This document shows, piece after piece, positions 44,731 to 55,885 of a DNA stretch of 64,000 bases. The notes beneath the pieces are model-generated. The model was given only the letters and a program-made list of their open reading frames with translations, searched no databases and was not told the origin of the DNA. Positions within the stretch are counted from its first letter, which is position 1. Every line of letters starts with the position of its first letter. The stretch comes from Escherichia coli (GTDB lineage Bacteria > Pseudomonadota > Gammaproteobacteria > Enterobacterales > Enterobacteriaceae): assembly GCF_024700885.2 (NCBI RefSeq), contig NZ_CP117016.1. The stretch is one strand, 5' to 3'. The position numbers and the translations under genes are program-made.

Positions 44731-46158
44731 ATGTCGATCAAAACCAGTAATACAGATTTTAAGACACGCATCCGTCAGCAAATTGAAGATCCGATCATGC
44801 GCAAAGCGGTGGCAAACGCGCAGCAGCGTATCGGGGCAAATCGGCAAAAAATGGTCGATGAATTGGGGCACTGGGAGGAGTGGCGCGATCGGGCCGCCCA
44901 GATACGTGATCATGTTCTGAGTAATCTCGACGCTTATCTGTACCAGCTCTCAGAAAAAGTGACGCAAAACGGCGGTCACGTCTATTTTGCAAAAACCAAA
45001 GAAGACGCTACCCGCTACATTTTACAGGTTGCCCAACGCAAAAATGCCCGGAAGGTGGTGAAATCTAAATCGATGGTGACCGAAGAGATTGGTGTCAATC
45101 ATGTGTTGCAGGATGCTGGCATTCAGGTGATTGAAACCGATCTGGGTGAATACATTCTCCAGCTGGATCAAGATCCGCCCTCTCATGTTGTGGTCCCGGC
45201 AATTCATAAAGATCGCCATCAGATCCGTCGGGTGCTACACGAACGTCTGGGCTATGAGGGGTCGGAAACGCCTGAAGCAATGACCTTATTCATCCGGCAA
45301 AAAATCCGCGAAGATTTCCTCAGTGCTGAAATAGGTATTACCGGCTGTAATTTCGCGGTGGCAGAGACCGGTTCGGTATGCCTGGTGACCAATGAAGGTA
45401 ATGCGCGAATGTGTACCACGCTGCCTAAAACGCATATTGCAGTGATGGGAATGGAGCGTATTGCCCCCACGTTTGCAGAGGTAGATGTATTGATCACCAT
45501 GCTGGCGCGCAGTGCCGTTGGTGCACGTTTGACGGGATACAACACCTGGCTGACAGGACCACGCGAAGCGGGGCACGTTGATGGTCCTGAAGAGTTTCAT
45601 CTGGTTATTGTCGATAACGGGCGTTCTGAGGTGCTGGCCTCTGAATTTCGGGATGTGCTGCGCTGTATTCGCTGCGGGGCTTGTATGAATACTTGTCCGG
45701 CATATCGCCATATTGGCGGTCATGGATATGGCTCTATTTATCCAGGGCCAATTGGTGCGGTGATTTCCCCGTTACTTGGCGGCTATAAAGATTTTAAAGA
45801 TTTACCCTACGCCTGCTCTTTATGCACAGCTTGTGACAGCGTGTGTCCGGTGCGTATTCCGCTGTCAAAACTGATTTTGCGTCATCGTCGGGTGATGGCT
45901 GAAAAAGGGATCACCGCAAAAGCAGAGCAACGGGCGATAAAAATGTTCGCTTATGCCAATAGTCATCCAGGATTGTGGAAAGTCGGGATGATGGCTGGTG
46001 CTCATGCGGCAAGCTGGTTTATCAATGGCGGCAAAACACCACTCAAATTTGGCGCGATTAGCGACTGGATGGAAGCACGCGATCTTCCTGAAGCTGACGG
46101 AGAGAGTTTCCGTAGTTGGTTTAAGAAACATCAGGCGCAGGAGAAAAAGAATGGATAA
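44731..46158 (+). CDS. ykgF: LutB-like 4Fe-4S protein YkgF, 475 aa
   Basis: Ferredoxin motifs CIRCGACMNTCP and CSLCTACDSVCP. Confidence 0.85.
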   Translation: MSIKTSNTDFKTRIRQQIEDPIMRKAVANAQQRIGANRQKMVDELGHWEEWRDRAAQIRDHVLSNLDAYLYQLSEKVTQNGGHVYFAKTKEDATRYILQVAQRKNARKVVKSKSMVTEEIGVNHVLQDAGIQVIETDLGEYILQLDQDPPSHVVVPAIHKDRHQIRRVLHERLGYEGSETPEAMTLFIRQKIREDFLSAEIGITGCNFAVAETGSVCLVTNEGNARMCTTLPKTHIAVMGMERIAPTFAEVDVLITMLARSAVGARLTGYNTWLTGPREAGHVDGPEEFHLVIVDNGRSEVLASEFRDVLRCIRCGACMNTCPAYRHIGGHGYGSIYPGPIGAVISPLLGGYKDFKDLPYACSLCTACDSVCPVRIPLSKLILRHRRVMAEKGITAKAEQRAIKMFAYANSHPGLWKVGMMAGAHAASWFINGGKTPLKFGAISDWMEARDLPEADGESFRSWFKKHQAQEKKNG

Positions 46159-46846
46159 TCGGAGCGAATTTTTGAATAACGTTGCTCAGGCACTGGGTCG
46201 CCCGCTGCGACTTGAACCGCAAGCAGAAGATGCGCCGCTTAACAACTATGCTAACGAGCGGCTTACCGAACTTAACCAACAGCAGCGCTGTGACGCGTTT
46301 ATCCAGTTTGCCAGCGATGTTATGTTGACGCGCTGTGAACTGACCAGCGAGGCGCAGGCCGCAGAAGCTGCAATACGTCTGTGTAAAGAGCTGGGAGATC
46401 AGTCGATCGTGATTAGCGGTGACACGAGGCTGGAGGAATTGGGGATTAGCGAACGTTTGCAGCAGGAATGCAATGCCGTTGTTTGGGATCCGGCGAAAGG
46501 TGCCGAGAATATCTCGCAGGCAGAGCAGGCTAAGGTGGGTGTCGTGTATGCTGAATATGGTTTAACCGAATCGGGAGGCGTGGTTCTTTTTTCCGCCGCC
46601 GAGCGCGGGCGTTCATTGAGCCTGCTCCCGGAATCTTCTCTTTTTATCCTGCGTAAAAGCACAATCCTGCCGCGTGTAGCGCAACTCGCAGAAAAATTGC
46701 ATCAGAAAGCGCAGGCCGGTGAACGAATGCCTTCCTGCATTAACATCATTAGCGGCCCCAGTTCAACGGCGGATATTGAGCTTATCAAAGTCGTCGGAGT
46801 TCATGGCCCGGTGAAAGCGGTGTATCTGATTATTGAGGATTGTTGA
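46151..46846 (+). CDS. ykgG: LutC-like protein YkgG, 231 aa
   Basis: Start ATG 46151 overlaps ykgF stop; the track ORF from 45998 is out of context. Confidence 0.8.
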   Translation: MDNRSEFLNNVAQALGRPLRLEPQAEDAPLNNYANERLTELNQQQRCDAFIQFASDVMLTRCELTSEAQAAEAAIRLCKELGDQSIVISGDTRLEELGISERLQQECNAVVWDPAKGAENISQAEQAKVGVVYAEYGLTESGGVVLFSAAERGRSLSLLPESSLFILRKSTILPRVAQLAEKLHQKAQAGERMPSCINIISGPSSTADIELIKVVGVHGPVKAVYLIIEDC

Positions 46847-46956
46847 GAGAGATATGAAGTCTGGACATAAACCTGAAGAAGGCATACGAGGTTGAAAATA
46901 GCGTTTAGGACAACCTGACTTAACCCCGTTCTGTCATGGTTATGCTCCTCTTCTTT

Positions 46957-46989
46957 AAATATCCTGGCATTAGTAATGCCAGGATATTT
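46957..46989. terminator. Bidirectional hairpin between convergent ykgG and ykgH
   Basis: Perfect 14-bp stem AAATATCCTGGCAT / ATGCCAGGATATTT with 5-nt loop. Confidence 0.5.
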
Positions 46990-47088
46990 ACAGTGAAAAA
47001 GACAGGCATCCATTCCTGAAAACGGGTTCCCTTCCCGGTCATTGTCACTTCAGTTTTATACAGGCACTCTCTATCAGAATGCTGTTTA

Positions 47089-47661
47089 TTACTGCCCAGA
47101 GTTTTGTTGGTATTCATCTACCATTTTTTTGACAAGGCAAAACATTACAGAAATCACAATGCTTAGAAAAAATCCCAGAATCAGGCAAATGGCAGCAGGA
47201 TATTTACTTTTTATTTCTAGTGAGCTTATAGTTACACAGCCATCACCGTTCGGATACAATGACCAGTTCCTGGTCAGGTATATCATTTTTGTATAAAGCT
47301 CACTGTTAATTGCTGAAGGTGTTTGTATCTCATCGAGAACTTGCCTGCCATTATGATATTCTGACGCATACCATTTGATAATAGACGCCTGCACGCGAGA
47401 TATTTCCGCTTCAGCAGTTGGTAAATCTCTCTTATCTCCTGACCATTCCAGCTTTATTTCTCTGTTCTTGACATCTGGGCTGGTGTGAAAAAATGTAGTA
47501 ATTCGCTGTATAACATCTTCAGTCATTGTGGTCTGACAGGCAAAGTTATTATTGCTATCACAGCTAACAAGTATGCCAGGTGTTGTCTGGTTTATTTTTA
47601 GACTGTAACTCACTTTTATATTATCTTTATTGATATACAGAAACAACAGCACCATTGCCAT
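47089..47661 (-). CDS. ykgH: YkgH membrane/periplasmic protein; N-terminal segment appears separated by a 1-nt frameshift (see findings)
   Basis: 190-aa ORF begins mid-TM-helix (MAMVLLFLY). Upstream 24-codon ORF (47673-47744) with ATG encodes MNEQIKQDINLIEILK and joins in frame if one T is added to the T5 run at 47696-47700. Confidence 0.6.
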   Translation of the reverse strand: MAMVLLFLYINKDNIKVSYSLKINQTTPGILVSCDSNNNFACQTTMTEDVIQRITTFFHTSPDVKNREIKLEWSGDKRDLPTAEAEISRVQASIIKWYASEYHNGRQVLDEIQTPSAINSELYTKMIYLTRNWSLYPNGDGCVTISSLEIKSKYPAAICLILGFFLSIVISVMFCLVKKMVDEYQQNSGQ

Positions 47662-47940
47662 ACAGATAGCTATAATAAAAAGGATAACACGAATCTTTTT
47701 AAAATCTCAATCAGATTGATATCCTGTTTGATTTGTTCATTCATAATATATCCAGAAAATGAAATCTGTCGCAGATAATATTGTATTAATAGTCTGTATC
47801 AGGAATGTTCGGGTTAAATATCAGCGAAAAACCAGCATCATGAATACTGGATATGAAGCATGAGAGTTACCTCAATGTTCTATATAACGATTCGGTCCCC
47901 ATACCTGGAACGGTAACTCTCAATCTGATAGGTTCCTGAG

Positions 47941-49629
47941 TTAGTTCAAATCACGACTCATTTTTTTCGCTCTTACTGGCATCCCATTTGCCACAAAATA
48001 TCTTGCCGTGCTCCTCGGCAACGCTTCCTGTCCACGAATCATGTCCGCTATTTTCTCGCCAATCATAATTGTCGTGGCGTTCAAATTCCCGGTGATAATC
48101 TGCGGCATAATTGACGCATCCACCACGCGCAGGCCTTCCAGCCCGTGTACGCGGCCTTCGGCGTCAACCACTGCCATCTCGTCATAACCCATTTTGCAGG
48201 TACCGCACGGATGAAACGCGGTTTCGGCGTGGTTACGCACGAACTCATCGAGCTGCTCATCCGTCTGACATTCCGCGCCGGGGCTGATTTCGCGGCCACG
48301 GTATTGATCCAGCGCGGGTTGATGCATGATCTCGCGGGTGATGCGAATTGCGTCGCGGAACTCCTGCCAGTCCTGCTCGTGCGACATGTAGTTAAACAGA
48401 ATTCCCGGATGCTGGTGCGGGTCGCGGGATTTAATCCGCACATGCCCACGGCTTGGCGAGCGCATCGATCCGACGTGGCACTGGAAGCCGTGCTCTTTCA
48501 CTGCGTTCGAGCCGTTATAGTTAATCGCCACTGGCAGGAAATGGTACTGAATATTCGGCCACGTAAATTCCTCACGGCTGCGAATAAATCCGCCAGCTTC
48601 AAAGTGGTTGCTGGCACCAACGCCGGTGCCGCCAAACAGCCACTCCGCACCGATTTTCGGCTGATTCCACCACTGCAGGGCAGGGTAGAGGGAAACCGGT
48701 TCTTTGCACTCATATTGCAGATACATCTCCAGGTGATCCTGAAGATTTTCGCCGACGCCAGGTAATTCATGCACCAGCGGAATATCAAACTCCGCCAGCA
48801 GTCCAGCGTTGCCGACGCCGGAGCGTTGCAGGATCTGCGGTGAAGCAATCGCGCCTGCACATAACAGCACTTCTTTATTCGCCGCCGCGCGGGTCGGAAT
48901 GGTGCTGTCGCCTTCCAGCCACTCGACGCCCACCGCGCGTTTGCCATCAAAAATGATGTGATCGGTCATGGCGTGAGTACGAATGGTCAGGTTAGGGCGC
49001 GATTTGGCCTGATCGAGATAGCCACGCGCGGTGCTGGCGCGACGGCCCTGCGGTGTGACGGTGCGATCCATCGGGCCAAAACCTTCCTGCTGATAGCCGT
49101 TGAGATCGTCCGTGCGCGGGTAGCCTGCCTGCACGCCCGCTTCAATCATCGCTTCAAACAGCGGATTGACGCCGGGTTTGGAGGTGGTGACGCTCACCGG
49201 GCCGTCGCCGCCGTGGTAGTCGTTCTCGCCCACGTCGCGAGTCTCGGCCTTGCGGTAGTAGGGCAGGCAGTCGAGATAACTCCAGTTCTCCAGGCCAGGT
49301 TCTTGCGCCCAGTTGTCGAGATCCAGCGCGTTGCCACGGATGTAGCACATGCCGTTGATCAGCGACGATCCACCCAGGCCTTTACCGCGTCCGCACTCCA
49401 TGCGGCGGTTATTCATAAACGGTTCAGGTTCCGTTTCATAGGCCCAGTTGTAGCGTTTACCCTGTAACGGGAATGCCAGCGCGGCGGGCATCTGGGTGCG
49501 GAAGTCAAAGCGATAGTCCGGGCCGCCTGCTTCAAGCAGCAGCACGGTTATGTTCGGATCTTCAGTCAGACGGGTAGCGAGGACGTTGCCGGCTGAGCCG
49601 GCACCAATAATGATGTAGTCAAATTGCAA
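47941..49629 (-). CDS. betA: Choline dehydrogenase BetA
   Basis: FAD motif [14 protein letters not shown] start with perfect AGGAGG RBS assumed; start uncertain. Confidence 0.85.
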   Translation of the reverse strand: MQFDYIIIGAGSAGNVLATRLTEDPNITVLLLEAGGPDYRFDFRTQMPAALAFPLQGKRYNWAYETEPEPFMNNRRMECGRGKGLGGSSLINGMCYIRGNALDLDNWAQEPGLENWSYLDCLPYYRKAETRDVGENDYHGGDGPVSVTTSKPGVNPLFEAMIEAGVQAGYPRTDDLNGYQQEGFGPMDRTVTPQGRRASTARGYLDQAKSRPNLTIRTHAMTDHIIFDGKRAVGVEWLEGDSTIPTRAAANKEVLLCAGAIASPQILQRSGVGNAGLLAEFDIPLVHELPGVGENLQDHLEMYLQYECKEPVSLYPALQWWNQPKIGAEWLFGGTGVGASNHFEAGGFIRSREEFTWPNIQYHFLPVAINYNGSNAVKEHGFQCHVGSMRSPSRGHVRIKSRDPHQHPGILFNYMSHEQDWQEFRDAIRITREIMHQPALDQYRGREISPGAECQTDEQLDEFVRNHAETAFHPCGTCKMGYDEMAVVDAEGRVHGLEGLRVVDASIMPQIITGNLNATTIMIGEKIADMIRGQEALPRSTARYFVANGMPVRAKKMSRDLN

Positions 49630-49642
49630 ATAAACCTCCTGG

Positions 49643-51115
49643 TTAGAATATGGACTGGAATTTAGCCATCTCAACCTGGATGGACTTCACCTGGGTGTAA
49701 CTCTGGAGCGTCATCACGCCGTTCTCGCGACCAATGCCGGAGTGTTTGTAGCCGCCAACGGGCATCTCAGCAGGGGATTCGCCCCAGGTGTTGATCCAGC
49801 AAATACCCGCTTCCAGCTGATGAATGACGCGATGCGCGCGGTTCAGGTCCGCCGTCACGATGCCCGCCGCCAGGCCGTAGTCGGTATCATTGGCGCGGCG
49901 AATCACTTCGTCCTCAGATTCATAAGTGAGAAGCGACATCACCGGACCGAAGATCTCTTCGCGCACGATGGTCATTTCGTCGCGGCAATCGGTGAACACG
50001 GTCGGTGCAACCCATGCGCCGTTATCGAAGCCATCGCCTTTCAATACATCGCCGCCGCGCAGTACGCGCGCGCCTTCCTCTTTGCCTTTAGCGATGTAAC
50101 GCAGCACGTTATCGCGATGCGGGAAGCTGACCAGCGGGCCGAAGTTAGTTTGCGGATCGAAAACGTCGCCCGCGCGAATGCGCTCAACGCGCGCCAGAAT
50201 CTTTTGTTCAAATGCGGCTTTGCATTTCGCCGGAACGAAGACGCGGGTGCCGTTGGTACACACCTGACCGGAGCTGAAGAAGTTCGCCATCATGGCGATA
50301 TCAGCGGCGAGATCGAGATCTGCATCGTCGAAAACGATCAGCGGTGATTTACCGCCCAGCTCCATGGTCACTTCTTTCAGGGAGGAAGCCGCCGAGTTAG
50401 CCATCACTTTTTTGCCGCTGGCGACACCGCCGGTAAATGACACTTTGGCAATGCCCGGATGCTCGGTCAGATACTGCCCGGTTTCCGCACCTACGCCCGG
50501 CAGCACGTTAAATACACCGTCCGGCAGGCCCGCTTCGCTGTAAATTTCAGCCAGCTTTAACGCGGTAAGCGGGGTGACTTCGCTCGGTTTGAAAATCATC
50601 GCGTTGCCTGCCGCCAGCGCCGGTGCGGATTTCCACAAGGCAATCTGGATCGGGTAGTTCCATGCGCCAATCCCTGCCACTACGCCCAGCGGTTCGCGGC
50701 GGGTATAAACAAATGACGTCTCACGCAATGGGATCTGGCTGCCTTCCAGCGACGGGATCAGCCCGGCGTAGTACTCGAGCACGTCCGCGCCGGTAACGAT
50801 ATCGACGGTTGATGTTTCCGAATACGCTTTTCCGGTGTCGAGGGTTTCCAGTTTTGCGAGTTCGTCATTGCGTTCACGCAGAATATCAACGGCCCGACGC
50901 AGAATACGCGAGCGCTCCATAGCGGTCATCGCCGCCCAGATTTTTTGCCCTTGTTGGGCACTCTTCACGGCGCGATCGACATCCTCACGCCCGGCGGCCT
51001 GCACGGTCGCCAGCACGTTACCGTTGGCCGGGTTAATGGTCTCGAAGGAGCGACCACTGGTGGCGGAGGTATAACCACCATGTATATAAAGCTGCTGTTC
51101 TGCCATTCGGGACAT
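49643..51115 (-). CDS. betB: Betaine aldehyde dehydrogenase BetB, 490 aa
   Basis: Aldehyde dehydrogenase family; start at [14 protein letters not shown]. Confidence 0.9.
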   Translation of the reverse strand: MSRMAEQQLYIHGGYTSATSGRSFETINPANGNVLATVQAAGREDVDRAVKSAQQGQKIWAAMTAMERSRILRRAVDILRERNDELAKLETLDTGKAYSETSTVDIVTGADVLEYYAGLIPSLEGSQIPLRETSFVYTRREPLGVVAGIGAWNYPIQIALWKSAPALAAGNAMIFKPSEVTPLTALKLAEIYSEAGLPDGVFNVLPGVGAETGQYLTEHPGIAKVSFTGGVASGKKVMANSAASSLKEVTMELGGKSPLIVFDDADLDLAADIAMMANFFSSGQVCTNGTRVFVPAKCKAAFEQKILARVERIRAGDVFDPQTNFGPLVSFPHRDNVLRYIAKGKEEGARVLRGGDVLKGDGFDNGAWVAPTVFTDCRDEMTIVREEIFGPVMSLLTYESEDEVIRRANDTDYGLAAGIVTADLNRAHRVIHQLEAGICWINTWGESPAEMPVGGYKHSGIGRENGVMTLQSYTQVKSIQVEMAKFQSIF

Positions 51116-51128
51116 CACGTCTCCTCAG

Positions 51129-51716
51129 TTAATCGGTGGGTAAATGCTGAGTAATAAAGTGACGGGTCAGCGAGTGTGCGAGAGGTTTATCCAGCGCTTT
51201 GCCGCTCAGTGCCGCGCGCAGCCATAATCCGTCAATTAGCGCGGCAAGGCCGTAGCCCGCTTCCTGTGCCTGTTGGCGCGGTAACTCGCGGCGAAATTCG
51301 CTCACCAGATTCGACAGCAAGCGGCGGCTACTGACCTGCTGCAAGCGATAGAGCATCGGCTGATGCATACTGCTGGCCCAGAACGCCAGCCAGGCTTTCA
51401 TCGCCGCGCCGCTCACCTGAGTCTCATCGAAGTTTCCACCAACAATCGCCTGTAATCGCAGCTCTGCACTGCCCTGCGGAAGTGCATGTAAGCGGTTCAA
51501 AACCGCGTCACGCAGCTGACTGGTGATATCGCGCATGGTTGCTTCCAGCAGACCATTTTTGTCCCTGAAATAGTGGCTGATGATCCCCGTAGAAACGCCT
51601 GCACGGCGGGCGATCTGCGCGATCGTTGCATCGTGCATGCCCACCTCATTGATTGCTTCCAGCGTGGCGTCGATCAGTTGTCTGCGCCGGATCGACTGCA
51701 TCCCCAATTTGGGCAT
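51129..51716 (-). CDS. betI: TetR-family repressor BetI, 195 aa
   Basis: Start at [14 protein letters not shown]; TetR HTH. Confidence 0.9.
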   Translation of the reverse strand: MPKLGMQSIRRRQLIDATLEAINEVGMHDATIAQIARRAGVSTGIISHYFRDKNGLLEATMRDITSQLRDAVLNRLHALPQGSAELRLQAIVGGNFDETQVSGAAMKAWLAFWASSMHQPMLYRLQQVSSRRLLSNLVSEFRRELPRQQAQEAGYGLAALIDGLWLRAALSGKALDKPLAHSLTRHFITQHLPTD

Positions 51717-51760
51717 TTTCGCCACTCCATTCATCAGCGTTGTTTATCTATTAAAGCGGT

Positions 51761-51783
51761 TATTGATTGGACGTTCAATATAA
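51761..51783. promoter_or_regulatory. Candidate BetI operator in betI-betT divergent promoter region
   Basis: Near-palindromic TATTGATTGGACGTTCAATATAA between divergent betI and betT. Confidence 0.4.
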
Positions 51784-51844
51784 AATGTGTCTTAATTGTT
51801 ACGAATTTGATTTTAAATGGTAACAATAACAGTGGGGATACTGG

Positions 51845-53878
51845 ATGACAGACCTTTCACACAGCAGGGAAAAGGACAAAATCAATCCGGTGGTGTTTTA
51901 CACTTCCGCCGGACTGATTTTGTTGTTTTCCCTGACAACGATCCTGTTTCGCGACTTCTCGGCCCTGTGGATTGGCCGCACGCTGGACTGGGTTTCTAAA
52001 ACCTTCGGTTGGTACTATCTGCTGGCGGCAACGCTCTATATTGTCTTTGTGGTCTGTATCGCTTGTTCGCGTTTTGGTTCGGTGAAGCTCGGGCCAGAAC
52101 AATCCAAACCGGAATTCAGTCTGCTGAGTTGGGCGGCGATGCTGTTTGCTGCCGGGATCGGTATCGACCTGATGTTCTTCTCCGTAGCCGAACCGGTAAC
52201 GCAGTATATGCAGCCGCCGGAAGGCGCGGGACAGACGATTGAGGCCGCGCGTCAGGCGATGGTCTGGACGCTGTTTCACTACGGCTTAACCGGCTGGTCG
52301 ATGTATGCGCTGATGGGCATGGCGCTCGGATACTTTAGCTATCGTTATAATTTGCCGCTCACTATCCGCTCGGCGCTGTACCCGATCTTCGGTAAACGGA
52401 TTAACGGGCCGATAGGTCACTCAGTGGATATTGCTGCGGTGATCGGCACCATCTTTGGTATTGCCACTACGCTCGGTATCGGTGTGGTGCAGCTTAACTA
52501 TGGCTTGAGCGTACTGTTTGATATTCCCGATTCGATGGCGGCGAAAGCGGCACTGATCGCCTTGTCGGTGATCATCGCAACGATCTCTGTCACCTCCGGT
52601 GTCGATAAGGGCATTCGCGTGTTATCGGAACTCAACGTTGCGCTGGCGCTGGGGCTGATCCTGTTCGTGCTGTTTATGGGCGACACCTCGTTCCTGCTTA
52701 ATGCGCTGGTGCTGAACGTTGGCGACTATGTGAATCGCTTTATGGGAATGACGCTCAACAGTTTTGCCTTCGACCGTCCGGTTGAGTGGATGAATAACTG
52801 GACGCTCTTCTTCTGGGCATGGTGGGTGGCATGGTCGCCGTTTGTCGGCCTGTTTCTGGCGCGTATCTCGCGCGGGCGCACCATTCGCCAGTTCGTGCTG
52901 GGCACGTTGATTATTCCGTTTACCTTCACGCTGTTATGGCTCTCGGTGTTCGGCAATAGCGCGCTGTATGAAATCATCCACGGCGGCGCGGCATTTGCCG
53001 AGGAAGCTATGGTCCATCCGGAGCGCGGCTTCTACAGCCTGCTGGCGCAATATCCGGCGTTTACCTTTAGCGCCTCTGTCGCCACCATTACTGGCCTGCT
53101 GTTTTATGTGACCTCGGCGGACTCCGGCGCGCTGGTGCTGGGGAATTTCACCTCGCAGCTTAAAGATATCAACAGCGACGCCCCCGGCTGGCTGCGCGTC
53201 TTCTGGTCGGTGGCGATTGGTCTGCTGACGCTTGGCATGCTGATGACCAACGGGATATCCGCGCTGCAAAACACCACGGTAATCATGGGGCTGCCGTTCA
53301 GCTTTGTGATTTTCTTCGTGATGGCGGGGTTGTATAAATCTCTGAAGGTAGAAGATTACCGCCGTGAAAGTGCCAACCGTGATACCGCGCCGCGACCGCT
53401 GGGGCTTCAGGATCGCCTGAGCTGGAAAAAACGTCTCTCGCGCCTGATGAATTATCCGGGCACGCGTTACACTAAACAGATGATGGAGACGGTCTGTTAC
53501 CCGGCAATGGAAGAAGTGGCGCAGGAACTGCGGTTGCGCGGCGCGTACGTGGAGCTAAAAAGCCTGCCGCCGGAAGAGGGGCAACAGTTGGGGCATCTGG
53601 ATTTGTTGGTGCATATGGGCGAAGAGCAAAACTTTGTCTATCAGATTTGGCCGCAGCAATATTCGGTGCCGGGCTTTACCTACCGCGCACGTAGCGGTAA
53701 ATCGACCTACTACCGGCTGGAAACCTTCCTGTTAGAAGGCAGCCAGGGCAACGACCTGATGGACTACAGCAAAGAGCAGGTGATCACCGATATTCTCGAC
53801 CAGTACGAGCGGCACCTTAACTTTATCCATCTCCATCGTGAAGCGCCGGGCCATAGCGTGATGTTCCCGGACGCGTGA
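51845..53878 (+). CDS. betT: Choline BCCT transporter BetT, 677 aa
   Basis: 677-aa multi-helix BCCT-family transporter. Confidence 0.9.
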   Translation: MTDLSHSREKDKINPVVFYTSAGLILLFSLTTILFRDFSALWIGRTLDWVSKTFGWYYLLAATLYIVFVVCIACSRFGSVKLGPEQSKPEFSLLSWAAMLFAAGIGIDLMFFSVAEPVTQYMQPPEGAGQTIEAARQAMVWTLFHYGLTGWSMYALMGMALGYFSYRYNLPLTIRSALYPIFGKRINGPIGHSVDIAAVIGTIFGIATTLGIGVVQLNYGLSVLFDIPDSMAAKAALIALSVIIATISVTSGVDKGIRVLSELNVALALGLILFVLFMGDTSFLLNALVLNVGDYVNRFMGMTLNSFAFDRPVEWMNNWTLFFWAWWVAWSPFVGLFLARISRGRTIRQFVLGTLIIPFTFTLLWLSVFGNSALYEIIHGGAAFAEEAMVHPERGFYSLLAQYPAFTFSASVATITGLLFYVTSADSGALVLGNFTSQLKDINSDAPGWLRVFWSVAIGLLTLGMLMTNGISALQNTTVIMGLPFSFVIFFVMAGLYKSLKVEDYRRESANRDTAPRPLGLQDRLSWKKRLSRLMNYPGTRYTKQMMETVCYPAMEEVAQELRLRGAYVELKSLPPEEGQQLGHLDLLVHMGEEQNFVYQIWPQQYSVPGFTYRARSGKSTYYRLETFLLEGSQGNDLMDYSKEQVITDILDQYERHLNFIHLHREAPGHSVMFPDA

Positions 53879-53891
53879 TTGTTATTGCATA

Positions 53892-53926
53892 AAACCGCGC
53901 CATGTCTGCATATGGCGCGGTTTCTC
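53892..53926 (+). terminator. Intrinsic terminator after betT
   Basis: Stem AAACCGCGCCAT / ATGGCGCGGTTT then CTCTT. Confidence 0.7.
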
Positions 53927-54755
53927 TTACCTCTTGATACGTTATATCTGTGTACAGTTAAGCCCTTAGTATCGATTGATGATTGCCAGGCAACAGATAA
54001 TAAAAAAGAAAAGAACTATTGAAGCCCAAAACCTACGCTTGGACTGTTGTGAATGTTCAATAAGCTTAGTCTTATTTAATGTAAATATTGGTGCTAATTT
54101 GAAATGACGCTTTATTCATGGGAAACGCGTAGCGCAAATCAACTAAAATCAATGTAACTGTTTGTTGTTTAAGGTTTAATTGTCTGTGTCTGATATTTTA
54201 TTGATTGTTTTAAATATTGTTTTTATTGTCATTGTTATAATGTTGGCCATCTATTGCTGAATGGATTCAGCCTTAAAAAGCAGGTTGTTAAGGGATAGGC
54301 ATAGAGTAATGACGTGTATGCATAACCAACATCTTTACTCATTATGTCATTGAATGTTGACGCTATGTGTTTATGAGGTTGAGGTATTTTCAGTTGATCT
54401 GGATTGTTAAATTCATATAATGCGCCTTTACTCATGAATGGGCGTCAATACGTAGTGGGAAATTATAAATATTGAAATAGTCCAACTACTTCTTTATTAC
54501 CAAAAATGAGTATCTGAATTTTAATATTGCATTCTTGCGTGATTATCTCCTGAGTTTGACTTGTGATTACCTTTTTAAGGTATTTAGCGTAACTGTTTTT
54601 GAGCGAGCATCAGAGGTAAAGATAATCTTTTTGATAGTGATGTGGGATGTTATGCGTATGGCATCGCTGATGTTTATGGTTACCCCTTATGTGTGCTCAG
54701 GAATCCACAGGTAATCACTCATACTGAACAGCGATAAAAGATAAAAGGTGTGTTC

Positions 54756-55844
54756 ATGAATTCATGTGATTTTCGTGTTTTTCTGCAAGAGTTCGGTACA
54801 ACGGTTCATTTGTCATTGCCTGGTAGCGTATCCGAGAAAGAACGACTGCTACTCAAGCTGCTGATGCAGGGAATGTCTGTAACAGAAATATCACAGTACA
54901 GAAATCGCAGTGCAAAGACCATTTCACATCAAAAGAAACAGCTCTTTGAGAAACTGGGGATTCAGAGTGATATTACTTTCTGGCGGGATATTTTCTTTCA
55001 GTACAATCCGGAGATCATATCCGCCACGGGTAATAATAGTCACAAATATATTAATGATAATCACTATCACCATATCGTCACGCCTGAAGCCATCAGTCTG
55101 GCGTTGGAAAACCATGAGTTTAAACCGTGGATCCAACCGGTTTTCTGCGCGCAGACTGGGGTACTGACGGGCTGTGAGGTGCTTGTCCGCTGGGAACATC
55201 CACAAACGGGAATTATCCCACCGGATCAGTTTATTCCTCTGGCGGAGTCATCTGGTCTTATCGTCATAATGACTCGCCAGTTGATGAAACAGACTGCGGA
55301 TATTCTGATGCCGGTAAAACATTTGCTGCCGGACAATTTCCATATTGGCATCAACGTCTCGGCGGGTTGTTTTTTGGCTGCGGGATTTGAAAAAGAGTGT
55401 CTGAACCTGGTTAAGAAATTAGGTAACGATAAAATCAAACTGGTTCTCGAGCTAACGGAACGTAACCCTATTCCGGTAACGCCAGAAGCCAGAGCGATAT
55501 TTGACAGCCTTCATCAGCACAACATTACCTTTGCGCTGGATGACTTTGGTACGGGTTATGCGACCTATCGTTACTTGCAGGCGTTCCCGGTCGATTTTAT
55601 TAAGATCGATAAGTCATTTGTGCAAATGGCGAGCGTGGACGAAATATCCGGTCATATTGTGGACAATATTGTCGAACTGGCGCGTAAGCCTGGTCTGAGT
55701 ATCGTGGCGGAAGGGGTAGAAACCCAGGAGCAGGCGGATTTAATGATCGGCAAAGGCGTTCACTTTTTACAGGGCTATTTGTACTCCCCGCCAGTTCCGG
55801 GTAATAAATTTATCTCTGAATGGGTAATGAAAGCAGGTGGTTGA
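54756..55844 (+). CDS. pdeL: c-di-GMP phosphodiesterase PdeL (YahA), LuxR HTH plus EAL domain, 362 aa
   Basis: N-terminal LuxR HTH (LSEKERLLLKLLMQGMSVTEISQYRNRSAKTI) and C-terminal EAL domain (ELTER, DDFGTGY). Confidence 0.9.
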   Translation: MNSCDFRVFLQEFGTTVHLSLPGSVSEKERLLLKLLMQGMSVTEISQYRNRSAKTISHQKKQLFEKLGIQSDITFWRDIFFQYNPEIISATGNNSHKYINDNHYHHIVTPEAISLALENHEFKPWIQPVFCAQTGVLTGCEVLVRWEHPQTGIIPPDQFIPLAESSGLIVIMTRQLMKQTADILMPVKHLLPDNFHIGINVSAGCFLAAGFEKECLNLVKKLGNDKIKLVLELTERNPIPVTPEARAIFDSLHQHNITFALDDFGTGYATYRYLQAFPVDFIKIDKSFVQMASVDEISGHIVDNIVELARKPGLSIVAEGVETQEQADLMIGKGVHFLQGYLYSPPVPGNKFISEWVMKAGG

Positions 55845-55885
55845 TGTAAACCGCTATTCACAGCGCATCGGGAGGTTGGCAGCGA

